From: Bispira polyomma
Taxonomy: Eukaryota
Length of the DNA stretch: 64,000 nt
Direction: 5' to 3'
Assembly: GCA_965649765.1 (NCBI GenBank)
Contig: OZ287758.1
Location: 56,172,001-56,236,000, forward strand
The translations under genes were made by a program, and so were the position numbers. Positions 10,225 through 22,349 of the stretch are shown here, one piece after another. Every line of letters starts with the position of its first letter. Position 1 is the first letter of the stretch. The notes under the pieces were generated by a model. The model did not search any database, was not told the DNA's origin, and saw nothing but the letters and a program-made list of their open reading frames with translations.

Positions 10225-11670
10225 TAATGATCTACTTAATGCCATCATGAGTATCTACAATGATCTACTTAATGCCGTCATGAGTGTCTACAATGATCTA
10301 CTTAATGCAGTCATGAGTGTCTTTAATGATCTAAATGCCGTCATGAGTGTCTATAATGGCATACTTAATGCTGTCATGAGTGTGTATGATGGCTTACTTA
10401 ATGCTGTCCTGAGTATCTACAATGATCTACTCAATGCCGTCATGAGTGTCTACAATGATCTACTTAATGCCGTCATGAGTGTGTACAATGATCTACTTAA
10501 TGCCGTCATGAGTGTCTACAATGATCTACTTAATGCCGGCATGAGTGTCTACAATGATCTACTTAATGCCATCATGAGTATCTACAATGATCTACTTAAT
10601 GCAGTCATGAGTGTCTTTAATGATCTAAATGCCGTCATGAGTGTCTATAATGGCATACTTAATGCTGTCATGAGTGTGTATGATGGCTTACTTAATGCTG
10701 TCATGAGTATCTACAATGATCTACTTAATGCCGTCATGAGTGTCTACAATGATCTACTTAATGCCGTCATGAGTGTGTACAATGATCTACTTAATGCCGT
10801 CATGAGTGTCTACAATGATCTACTTAATGCCATCATGAGTATCTACAATGATCTACTTAATGCTGTCATGAGTGTCTACAATGATCTACTTAATGCCGTC
10901 ATGAGTGTCTACAATGATCTAATTAATGCAGTCATGAGTGTCTTTAATGATCTAAATGCCGTCATGAGTGTCTATAATGGCATACTTAATGCTGTCATGA
11001 GTGTGTATGATGGCTTACTTAATGCTGTCATGAGTGTCTACAATGATCTACTTAATGCTGTCATGAGTGTCTATAATGGCTTACTTAATGCTGTCATGAG
11101 TGTGTATGATGGCATACTTAATGCTGTCATGAGTGTCTACAATGATCTACTTAATCCTGTCATGAGGGTCTATAATGGCTTACTTAATGCTGTCATGAGT
11201 GTCTATAATGATCTACTTAATGCCGTCATGAGTGTCTACAATGATCTACTTAATGCCGTCATGAGTGTCTACAATGATCTACTTAATGCAGTCATGAGTG
11301 TCTTTAATGATCTAAATGCTGTCATGAGTGTCTATAATGGCATACTTAATGCTGTCATGAGTGTGTATGATGGCTTACTTAATGCTGTCATGAGTGTCTA
11401 CAATGATCTACTTAATCCTGTCATGAGGGTCTATAATGGCTTACTTAATGCTGTCATGAGTGTCTATAATGGCTTACTTAATGCTGTGTGTGTGTCTATA
11501 ATGGCTTACTTAATGCTGTCTGTGTATCTACAATGGCTTACTTCATGCTGTCTGTGTATCTACATAATCTACTGAATGCTGTCTTGTGTATCTATAAGGG
11601 CCTACTTAATGCTGTGTGTTTATAATTATCTACTTAATGCTGTCTGTGCGTCTATAATGGCTTACTTAAT
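10225..11670. repeat. 33-bp minisatellite with higher-order structure (~43 units, degenerate 3' end)
   Basis: Unit AATGATCTACTTAATGCCGTCATGAGTGTCTAC, with a recurring block that contains a 30-bp variant. Confidence 0.95.
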
Positions 11671-12662
11671 GTGAAAAGTTTACCTAAGCAGAAAGTTTAC
11701 AGATAAATTCTTCCTAACGTTTAGTTTTGTTTGTTTACTATAGTTTGATAGTGTAGGGTGTACTAAAATGATTTGCCATTCTCTGATCTCTTCATAATCT
11801 TTACTGGCTCTCTATGTCCAGCTTTATTTAATTTATCTTTATTTTCTTTTTATCACATTCACATGTATTGACACCTTATTTCCTGGTACTTTTTTTTAGC
11901 TTTTTATGGGTTATTGTTTTCAGTAGAGCTTAAAAGCTAGAGAAAGAAGTAGAGAAAGTTTACAGATAAATTCTTCCTAATGTTTTGTTAGTTTACTATT
12001 GTTTGATAGAGTAGGGTGTTATAAAACATTTTGCCATTATAGCTGATTTAATATGTTCACAATCACCACTGGTCTAGTGTCGTCATTCCCCATGTCCGGT
12101 ACATGAGTGGTACTGAAAACAGGCTTGGCTATATTCTACTACTGGTTACTGAGTCCATTCACCTTTTGATGTGCAATGATTTGGGAGTAAATCCATTGGA
12201 AACCGGGATCTTGTCTGGTGCTTTAGAAAAGCTTATCTCTGAGGAAAGTGGCTTGAATCCAAACGTGCTCTTGTATGTGTAAAACTTCCTTTCAAGTCCA
12301 TTGTTTACAGTACAAAGATAGACTCCTATATTCTACTGGTTTCCACTTCACCATGATCTCACCTCATCTGTTCAGAATGTCTTTGACAACAAATGGGTTG
12401 AAGCTTAGTCTGGCATAAATAGCCAGTGATTAGATGTTCAGTTTTGGTACAAGTATTTTTCATTGCACTGGCTTTGCTGTTTCAGATCTCGCCCCTTGAG
12501 CTTATGATGTAAACTTGGTCACATCATCCAGTTGTAGCAGGAATTTTATTGTTCAGTACAAATAATCGGTTTGGTTTTGACCTCAATATGGTGTATAGTA
12601 ATGGTGTAGTTTTGTCAACGCATATGCTAATTGTGTACTTTGTCACTAGTTTGTGAACTCTT

Positions 12663-12668
12663 AATAAA
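12663..12668 (+). promoter_or_regulatory. Candidate polyadenylation signal of the ankyrin gene
   Basis: AATAAA followed ~20 nt later by a GT/T-rich tract, just before TE-derived sequence begins. Positional inference only. Confidence 0.3.
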
Positions 12669-12939
12669 AGGTGTAATGGCATCTGTTGTAGTTTGTCTTA
12701 TTTATATAAAACCAGTCCATACTTGCTGAAGAATATATACTTTCTGATATATGTTGCTTTCTCATTCTATCCCTTAATGATGTCAATTATCTCTCTTTTG
12801 TTTTAAAATCAAACATCTGAAAACTCCTGAGATCTCATTTCTTATTGATTTGCATTGTGTCATAACCCCAGGTTGAGTCTATATCAGTACATTTGCTTGA
12901 TCTCCAAAATAGAATGCCATAACCTTAATATCCTAGAAG

Positions 12940-15196
12940 CTGATGATTTTAACAAATTATAAAATATTCGAAAGAATCAAAAGAATGGTCTTATGATAAG
13001 GGCTTGCGCACAATGGCTAAGTGAGGGGAAAAGACCTACCAAATGTTTTTGTTCCCTAGAAAAGCTCTACTCCACAGAAAAAAACTATAAAGAAAATAGT
13101 TAAAGACACTGGAAAAACTATAATCAAAAAGTGATTTTGAAAGAAGTAAGAAATTTTTATGAAAACTTGTTCAGAAACAGTGACTCAGAAATTACAGAAA
13201 CTTAGATATTTTTAACGCTCTTTCTGGTTTACAAAAATTAACTGAAGAGGACTCCAATTGCCTTGAAGGTTGTTTAACCATTGACGAAATTGGCAATGCA
13301 TTAAAATACACGAGCCAGAGAAGTCATAGATGGGTTTTCATCCAAATTTTATAAAGTATTTTAGACGGTGTATAATTTGTTGTTTGCCAAAGTGGGACAA
13401 GCCAAGACAAATCCAAAAGAATTGGCGACCTATCTCACTACTATCAGTAGTCTACAAGATCTCATCTGCCCTGGCCTCAAGTTTTGCACAAAATAATTAG
13501 CAATACACAGTCAGGCTTCATGACTGATTGGTTTATCAGTGAAAATACAAGAATAATTATGATATTATGCATTATACCCAATACAAACAAATTCTTGGCT
13601 TATTAATGCTGGTTGATTTTCAAAAGGCTTTTGATACTGTGTCTTGGAAATTTCTCTACACCATTTTAAATTTTCTGGGTTTCAAGCAGAAATTTTGTAA
13701 ATGGATCAAGGTGCTCAATACAAATGTAAAAGCTGCAATATGGTGTATTATCTGTGGAGGGGGGGGGGGGGGGGGCAACTTCTTACAGGAATTTTTTTTT
13801 CTTTAGAACTAGATTCTATGATTCAGTTTAATTACAATCCTATGATACAAAACCTACAAAAATTGTTTAATGTATGGAATCAAAGACTTCTGACCCCCAT
13901 CAGAAAAATAGCAGTTGTAAAAAGTCTGGCATTATCAAAGCTAATTCATCTGTTCCTTGTATTGCCTACACCAGATAAAAAATTTTTCAAAAAGATAGAA
14001 AGTATGTTCTATAAATTTATTTGGAGTGGCAAACCGGACAAAATAAAAAGGACAATTATGGTTAAACATAACCTCACAGGTAGCCTAAATATATGATTGA
14101 TTTATTTGAATTTGTCTCTGCTTTGAAAATAACATGGATCCGAAGATTATATGTTAATCCTGGAGCACCTTGGGGTAAGGTGGCTACACACTATCTTGGT
14201 TAAGTTAGTAAGACTATTCTACTTGGATCTTGCTGAAAAGCTTTCTAGGAAAATAACAAATTTTGGGCATACACTTTATACAGCTGGGAAAGTTTGCTAA
14301 AAAAAGACCAGTAAAGACTCTCAGTGATGCAATGTCTGAATCACTTTGAAGTAATCCAAAAATATCAAAAGCAGAGATCTTTCTATCAGTCTGGTTTAAT
14401 AAAGGTATAATTTCAGTAGCTGATATCGTTAATGCGAAAGGGGACTGCATATCTCAAAGAGAATTGACTAAGTTTTATAATATTAGAATCAACTTTTTGG
14501 AATATTATAAAATTACAACATGCGTAAAAGTCTTTCTAAATAAGTTTAAAATGAAATGAAAGAAACACCAAAAACCTGTTTACCCTTGTCAGGTCAAAAT
14601 TTTGTATAATCCTTAAAAAGGCAGCAAAGATTTCTATGCTACTTTGAAAAATCACTTGAATGAGAGTCACAATACATCTCTGTCATACTGGGAAGAATCA
14701 CTAGGTATTAGTTTATCAGAAATCACTTCGAAACAGATATTTAGAATATGCAGTACTCTACAGAATCTTAGGTACCAATGACCTCTTATTGAAAATAAAA
14801 CGTCATATAAGTGGCATGTGCAATTTTCGCAATCATTATATAGAAACGGTCATGTATCTATTTGTAGAGTGTGGCATTGTAAAACAGTTTTGGTCTTAAC
14901 TTGAACTGAATTTGCAAATTAAGCTGGGGATCGAATTAACTGTTAATTCCTCTTTTATAATATTAGGTGTTCCAAATTTCAACTGCCTGACTATTCCAAT
15001 AAATACTATTTACCTTGCAGCAAAAATGTACATCTTTAAAACGACAAGAAAAAAATGCGTATATATGCCCTAATGCGTATATATCTGTACATAGAACATT
15101 AGAAATAATTCAGTGGACAATAGTCAATAGACGAACATGTGAACAATATTCAAAGTAGTGGAATAGGAGTAATGATATCTAATAATGTCAAGAAGG
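12940..15196 (+). mobile_element. Decayed L1/Tx1-clade LINE ORF2 fragment, RT core missing at the G-tract
   Basis: W.SEGKRPTK.F, DFQKAFDTVSWKFL, KSLALSKLIH, FIWSGKPDKIKR and a C-terminal Cys/His knuckle C..(R)..IETV.HLFVEC. Many stops and frameshifts. Confidence 0.88.
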
Positions 15197-17905
15197 TTCA
15201 TGTGTAAAAGGGTTTTTTGAATAGGTTTACAATGGGTTTGTGATCAGTTTCTGCTGTGACAATAGTTCCGTAGATAAACTGATGAAATTGTTCGGACCCA
15301 AAAGCAATCCCCCGTGGTTCTTTTTCGATCGTTGCGTATCTTGTTTCTGCATCTGTCAATGACCTACTAATATAGGCTACCGGTTTCCATTGCCTATCGT
15401 GTAATTGCAAAAGTACAGCGCCTAGTCCGTCTTTGCAAGCATCGGTCGAAACTTTAATTGGCTGAATAGGATTGTAAAATTGAAGTACAGGACTCTCCAT
15501 CAACAGCTTTTTAATTTCTTCAAAGCCTTGTTGTTCATATTCCCATTTCCATTCATTCTTGTCTCATAGCAAATCTCGCATGGCAGTTATAGCACTAAGG
15601 TCTGGAACCCATTTGGCTACATAGTTCACCATGCCCATAAATCTCTCTAGATCCGTTTTACACACTGGGGCAGGCATATTCTTAATGGCTGATACTTTTG
15701 AAGGATCGGGCTTGAGACCACAGCTTGTTATTAGGTCCCCCAAGAACACAACTTCAGACAGTCTGAATTGACATTTATGTTTATTTCATTTCATTCCACT
15801 GTGGTATATCTAACACTCTTCTCAACTTTTTGTCGTGGTCTTGTTTGTCGTGACCCCATATGATGGCATCATCCATGCTTGTGTCAATTTGCTTCTCCTT
15901 TTCAAATATTTCCCCAACTTTCTTATGAAATACTTCAGGGGCTGAGGATATTCTGTTTGGCAGTCTGTTGTAGCAATATCAAGCAAATGGGGTGTTAAAT
16001 GTTGTTAGTTTGCAAGAATGTTCATCCAACTTCAGTTGGAAATCCCGTCTGCTGCATCAATCTTACTGAACACCTTCGCCCCATGGAATCTGGACATGAC
16101 CTCCTCTTGAGTCGGGAGTTTGAAATGCTGCCTTTTAATAAATCTATTTAAATCTTTTGGATCCAAGCACAATTTCAGGTCTCCATTCTTTTTGGTAGCT
16201 ATCACTAGCGAATTGACCCAGTCAGTTAGTTTATCTATTTTGGAGATGATTCCATTCTGCTCCAGCTGTTCAAGCTTTGCTTTCAACTTGTCCCACATTT
16301 GCAGGGGAATTTTGCGACGGGAATGAACTACAGGCTCTGCATATTCTTGTAGCTTTATTTTATACTCTCCTTGTAATTCACCTAGTTTTCCATCAAACAA
16401 GTCTTTGTATTCCTGATATACCCATTGGTAGTTTCCACCTGCTTGTTCCACTTGGTATATTAATCTAACCAGGTCTAATTTTTCACATGCGTCTTTAGAT
16501 AGAAGTGTCTTATCTGTACCATCTACTACATAAAACAGCAGCTTGTGGTGTTTACCTTTACATTTTACCTCTAGAACAGTTTTGCCATATACCTTGATCT
16601 CTTTCCCATTATATCCTTTCAATTTCTGCATGGTATGATGTAATTTTGGCCTTTCATCAATGTTATTGAAGTCAGATTTGCTGATGGCATTGGCCTGTGC
16701 CTCTGTATCTAGTTTCATAGGTAATATTGTATTGTGCACAGTTAGTGGGACTACCCAATCTCTTGATGTACTCTCGATCGACTCTACAGTCAAACTTCCT
16801 AGAAACTTACTATCATCACTGGAGTAATCAGATTCATTGGATTTACATACAGATGCAAAGTGATTTGTCCGTCCACATTTAGAGCATTGCTTACCGAAAG
16901 CAGGGCTCTTTTTTTTTGACAAACATGTGGCGATCACCGCAGTACTTGCATTTGCGCATAGGTTTCTGTGCCGTATTGTCTTTTTTCACAAAGTTTATGG
17001 ATGGTTTGCCTGTTATAGCCGATTTGTGTTCTTCCACGTATTCAGCTGCCTTGGCGTACCTCACTGCATCTGAAAGGGATAAATCTGCCTTGGAAAACAG
17101 TTTCTCTCTTAACTGCAGGTCTTTGACACCACAGACAAATTTATCGCAAACCATGGATTCCCTTATTGCGCCAAATTCCGAAATCTCAGCCCTTACTTTT
17201 AGTCTTGTGAGAAAGGCATCAATGTTCTCATCTTGTCCTTGCTGACATCCCATGAACCTTGAGTGTTCGAAAGTTCTGTTGGTTTTTAGAACGTAAAGTG
17301 CCTCAAATTTGGCTAGTACCTTCTCCAGAATTTTGGAGTCTGCAACTTCATGCCCATCTACCGTAGTGGTGCCAAAGTCAAATATGGAAAAGTCCTCCCT
17401 TGCATTTTTGCCAATGCATGCAAGCAGGATTGCTACTCTTTGTACATCAGGTTTAGAATCATAATTGATTGCCGTCATATATAACTGAATTTCCTGTTTA
17501 AAGTCTTTACACTTTACTGGAATATTGTCTCCAGTCCTACTGTCCCGTGTTGCTGGTCTCAATTGATTTATTAATTCAGATGCCATTACTGAACCTCCTG
17601 TACTTGTTATATAGCTCTAGTCACTTACAGGTCTCTATTATCGCTCACACTGACTGATATGGTGTGGCTGTAGTACTGCACAGTGTTTCAATATTAGTCT
17701 ATATAAACATACATTTACTGTGTTATTCAATGAGTTTTACATCTGACACCATGTGTTGGTCTTGGCACACTGTCAAATAAAAGTATTTCTTAGAGCAACA
17801 TGCTGTTTATGATCTGGCGGTTCATGCAGAACATCGAATCTCACACTCGTAGGGTACACGCAAGTACACAGAGACATATCAGCACAACTACACACTCACA
17901 CCACA
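15197..17905 (-). mobile_element. Gypsy (Mag-like) LTR retrotransposon, 3'-truncated: 5' LTR 17752-17905, PBS, gag, PR, RT, RNase H; no integrase or 3' LTR
   Basis: Minus-strand LTR TGTGGTG...CAACACA followed by PBS TGGTGTCAGA (tRNA-Leu-type). Gag with CKYCG..H and C..CG..NHFA.VC; protease KLDTEA; RT LCLDPKDLN and KIDA; RNase H TDAC..GLGAVL and ETDHKP. Frameshifted. Confidence 0.92.
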
Positions 17906-18197
17906 TTGTCATTTGGTTCCGGAATGTGGACAATATACTATGCTACACAGTTGTTAACCAAAATTGAGTTCTATAGTTAACTTGTCAGAGGCCTTAAATG
18001 GGTTCATAAAACATACCAATGACGAAGGCTCATGAAGGTCCAAATAATGTAATAATTCTTTTGAGAAAAAACCACACCTTCGAGTGGTAACACTCCTACT
18101 CCTGCCATTGCAGTCTTACGTTTGAATCTCATGCTAAAGGCTGGTAGTTAACAGCACATAAATCTCGACCAACTACCCTATATTTATTGTACACCTT

Positions 18198-19421
18198 TTC
18201 AGTCTTTACCTGTTTCATGGATGCTTCTAAAGCTTTTGAACGAATAACATATGACAAGTTATTTGAAAAGTTACAAAAACGAGGTAACCCAGTAGTTATT
18301 ACTCGTATCATATATTATTGGTATACTATGCAGAATGTTTGTATTCGCTGTGATATAGTAAACTTGTAAGTTGAAAGCAACATTAAACCAAAGTTAAACT
18401 AAATTTATATGTTGTTGTTTTTTATCTTAAGGTTTGAGTTTTTTTTCCGTTTAGACCCATCACATTTATAAGCATAGCTGTATTAGAAAGTTATCATAAG
18501 AAAAGCTATGGCCCCATTTTTGTCATTGTACCAGAATTAGGCATGGTTTTGCAACCAAGAGGTACCTATTAAACCATTAGGCTTCACTCCATTAACACTT
18601 TAACAGGTAAAGTATCAAAGGTAATATCACCAGTCATTTGCAGTATACAGCCACACTTGATGATTATCCTGTTTTTGTCAAAATAAGAAACTTTGTTTCT
18701 GATGCGCTTTAGTCTTCTGAAAAATTATGTTATGCAGATTTATTTAAAACTGACCATTAACAAAAGGCTTCTTTAAACTACATGAATTAAGTTGTTTGAC
18801 AACATATAACACCAGGGCCACGTTGTACATACATAACATTTCTAAAAACATTATTAAAAGCAACAGTCACTTTGTTCATAACAGATTTTGTATAGTTCAT
18901 CCACAACTGAGAATTTGAATTGGGATATTTAACGTCCACTCTAGTACCTGTTTAGGTTATATTGGGACAGTTAGTTGGAAACGCTGTAGGAAACACTGCA
19001 TACAGTTGATTAAGAGTCTACACTGAAAACCAGTAGCCCACAGTCAGGCACTACCACCTTTCCCACATAGGCATCGACGGGAGTCGAACCCACGCCAGCC
19101 GATCCCAGAGGTGAGAGACTAGGGATTGTGAAGCGCAATAATATAACTATGTCATCAACATACATTATGTGATTTGTTAAATATACAAAACACAAATGGT
19201 GATGGAATTCCTCCTTGAAGTACACGATTTTGAATTTTATAGGAGGAAGTTCAGTTACTCCAGCGAATACAAACAGTCTGCATAATATACCAATAATATT
19301 TGATACGAGTAATAACTACTTACTGTACTTGGGTACCCTATTTTTGTTATTTTTTCAAATTTCTTGTCATATCATTCTATCAAAAGCTTTAGAGGCATCC
19401 ATGAAACAGCAAAAGACTGAA
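18198..19421. repeat. Inverted pair of ~155-bp LINE RT fragments (18198-18350 + and 19261-19421 -)
   Basis: Both arms encode FMDASKAF(D/E)R, a non-LTR RT motif, and share the same end points (TTCAGTCTTT...TATTCGCTG). Confidence 0.8.
18914..19139 (-). mobile_element. tRNA-derived SINE, 5'-truncated copy
   Basis: Reverse complement aligns with 3519-3772 from the tail up to ATTGCGCTTCACAATC. Confidence 0.88.
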
Positions 19422-20439
19422 GAGCTGTGTGAGAAAGAGCTCTAAGCCGCAAGTCCCAGTAATTCTATCACTGAATTATTAGAACCCTCCAACTCTGTTG
19501 CGGTACTATACTTTTGCGACTAAACATAAACAATGATTGTAGGAAACTTAAAATCTAGAATCAACACAAGATTGCAAATGTTGTATGAATGGAATTTTTA
19601 ATTGAGTTGATTTTAGCTAATGAACTTGGATAGTGAAAATTAATTCCTAGTGAAAATTTAAACCTTGTATTTATTTTCAACTGATAGAAATGAACAAACT
19701 GTTAAATCACACTCTAATGTAATAAAGAAAATGTACTGCAAAAGAAAACAAGTAAGGGGAGAATTAGAAATCAGAAAGGGAGAATTACCCTCGGAATTAC
19801 ACATAGAAGCAAATAGAAAAAAGCTAAATACTGAAGAAGACACTTGACAACATAAATTTTAAAGGAATAAAGGAAAAAACAATAGAATATAATAACAAGA
19901 ACAGAGAAGTAAAACAATCAGCAAGGAATGACAAAAGAAAATCAATAGAGGAAAGGGCAAACTGTGAAGATCCATTGGGAGCAGTCTTGATTTTGGGCAG
20001 CCCGGGTGTAATCTTTTAGCTATCCCGAGTAATCATGATGATCCAGGATTGATTTGGACAGTCAGAGTCGTAATTCGGGTGATCCGGGAAACAAACAACA
20101 TAATCGGGAAGTTTCTGAACATGTTTAGAAAATCCCCTGATTGGAGATTTTACCCCATCGGCGCCCTGTTAATCAGAAGTCACCCAGAGTACTCCTAATT
20201 CCACTCTGGTTAATGTTGTTGTCACCTACAGTACTCGGGCTGTATTTCTTCCACGTTCTCCAAAAACATTAAAGTACAATCCTCATTGAGCCTGACTAAT
20301 TGGGGGTGGCTTCTCGATTAATCATCCTGACACCCCAATTGTAAAGATTAGCCGGGACCAATGAGGATTAGCCGGGGTGGGCGCCAAGTAATCCTAACAA
20401 TAGGGGTGCCAATCAGGGTGGTTATGTCTAATGTGTATA

Positions 20440-21861
20440 AATAGAGGTGCGCTGGCCAGAACAAGTCCGGAGGCAAGGTTACACCCACCAGGAATACAAG
20501 AGAGGAAAAACCAAGAGTGTCGCCCTGCCGGTACTGGAGGAGGAAGCCCTGGTTGACTGGCTTTGAGAACACGAGTTGCTCTTCAACAAAAAGCAGGACT
20601 ATAAAGACATTGTCAAGAAAGAAGCTTGTTGAGCAGATATCAGTGATTTCAGTCGCAAATGACAATGTTTGGCCAACTCAGTATTCTGAAGTCTGGGCAG
20701 GCCCCACCCAAGTTGACGGAAAGACAGACCTGGGTGAAAGAACATTAAACCTTTATGAAGCCGCACATCATCTGACAGTCTGTGAGGAAGTCAAACTTCA
20801 AGGGGAAGAAGCCAGCAGCTGCAGCCAGGGGCCCCAGGACTACCTCAATATCCCCTTACAGCATAAGTGATAATGTGTCAGATGTGGATGTCTCCCTGGA
20901 GGGGTCTGAGGTGGGTTTCTTGGTGACCCGGTTTTCGCCAACAACATCATCAGGGGCCACCGTCCGTGAGCAAGACTCTTTCCGGAGTACCATGCAGCGT
21001 ATGGAGAGCATGATGACCAGCTTCATGAAAAAAGCCTCCCCGAAGCCAGCAGCATCATGGCCGAGGGTGGCCGACTTTAACTGGGTCAAGGCCCAGGCTG
21101 ACACTTTACCAGACATTCTTTTTATGGAATTCCCGACAAAGACCTCCCAGCTGTTGTCAAGTTCAACAGCCCAGCATCAGAAGCAGCAGCAGCAGATTCA
21201 GGCACCTTCCACTTTCGTTTCCACCTCATACGACATGCTAGCACTATCGCCAGAACTGACCACAGTAGATGAATGGATGCCACTGGCACCATACAGGCCT
21301 GTGTACTACCAGAAGCGCATCACCCAGTAGCAAGAGCAGCAGAAGTATCAGCAGGGATCACTACCACCACAGCAGTATCAGAAATTGACACAACGATAAA
21401 AGTCTAGTCTTTCCAGAGGCAGCAGCCCAGGCAAATAGCTCAAGTGGTGGGACAGACACTGGGACACTTATACACATACCTTCACCACAGAAGAGTGCGG
21501 CTAGCCCCTTCAATTTCTCCGACATTCCATCAGTAAACTCAATAAACTGAATACGCCTCAGCCAAAAACAGAGGAGGATGATGACTGCCAAATGACCACG
21601 ACAGTTAAAGCAACCGCCACATTTGACACACCACCCGAGACATCCAGCAGATGCACCTTCACCAGCTCTCCAGCCCTCTTAACTCCCCCTCCTCCTCCAG
21701 CAGCTGCATACCTGCCAATGTCCTTATCAGCGTCACCACATATTCCAAGAACCTTTATTGGAGCTGTTGTTTACAAATACCAAAAATCCCATCAGAACAA
21801 AACACCTACTGGCCCAAAAAAAACTTACCTCACTCAAACACAAGTTTTAAAGAATAGTTAA
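20440..21861 (+). pseudogene. Harbinger accessory DNA-binding protein (MADF/Myb-SANT-like N-terminus, S/T/P/Q-rich tail)
   Basis: Frameshifted reading EEEALVDWL*EHELLFNKKQDYKDIVKK...LTERQTWVKEH..FMKPHI matches the typical Harbinger ORF2 pattern. Confidence 0.7.
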
Positions 21862-22182
21862 AGGGCTTGAACCCTAATTACCCACAAGTTTTAAAAAATT
21901 GTTAAAGGGCTTGAATCCTGGTCCCCCACAAGTTTTAAAAAATTGTTAAAGGGCTTGAATCCTGGTCCCCCACAAGTTTTAAAGAATTGCTAAAGGGCTT
22001 GAACCCTGGTCTCCCACAAGTTTTAAAGGATTGTTAAAGGGCTTGAACCCTGCTTCCCCACAAGTTTTAAAGAATTGTTAAAGGGCTTGAACCCTGGTCT
22101 CCCACAAGTTTTAAAGAATTGTTAAAGGGTTTTAACCCTGGTCCCCAAAAAGTTTAAACAATATTTTAAAGGATTTGAACCC
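21841..22182. repeat. 44-bp minisatellite (~8 copies) between the two Harbinger genes
   Basis: Unit CAAGTTTTAAAGAATTGTTAAAGGGCTTGAACCCTGGTCTCCCA; also at ~41081 and ~60323. Confidence 0.93.
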
Positions 22183-22349
22183 AGAGGTTATTTTTATTAT
22201 TGCAGTTCCTTGTGTTTCATGGTCCTTGGGTGTTCTGTGGTGATGTGTCTGATAGAGATTAGTTAAATGTGGGGCCTGTGTGTATATGGTAGTGAGGGGT
22301 TTATTTCATCTTTTTGAAAAATTAGGGTGGTCCTCAAAAGGACCGATTA

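Noticed and set aside
10199-11575. 458-aa ORF as a real protein gene
   Set aside because: It is the translation of a 33-bp minisatellite, has a non-ATG start and no unique domain. A unit length divisible by 3 explains the open frame.
11689-12038. ~85-bp dispersed direct repeat (11689-11780 and 11953-12038) as LTRs or a regulatory element
   Set aside because: There are no TG..CA ends, TSD or internal coding sequence. It looks like an ordinary local duplication.
13701-14096. Poly-glycine protein ORFs (also 33211, 52444, 27185)
   Set aside because: The Gly runs are translations of G homopolymers fused to L1 or MITE remnants.
16891-16940. Programmed gag-pol frameshift at the A-run
   Set aside because: The shift needed is +1 and it splits the paired Cys/His motif of gag, so a homopolymer insertion in an originally continuous ORF is more likely.
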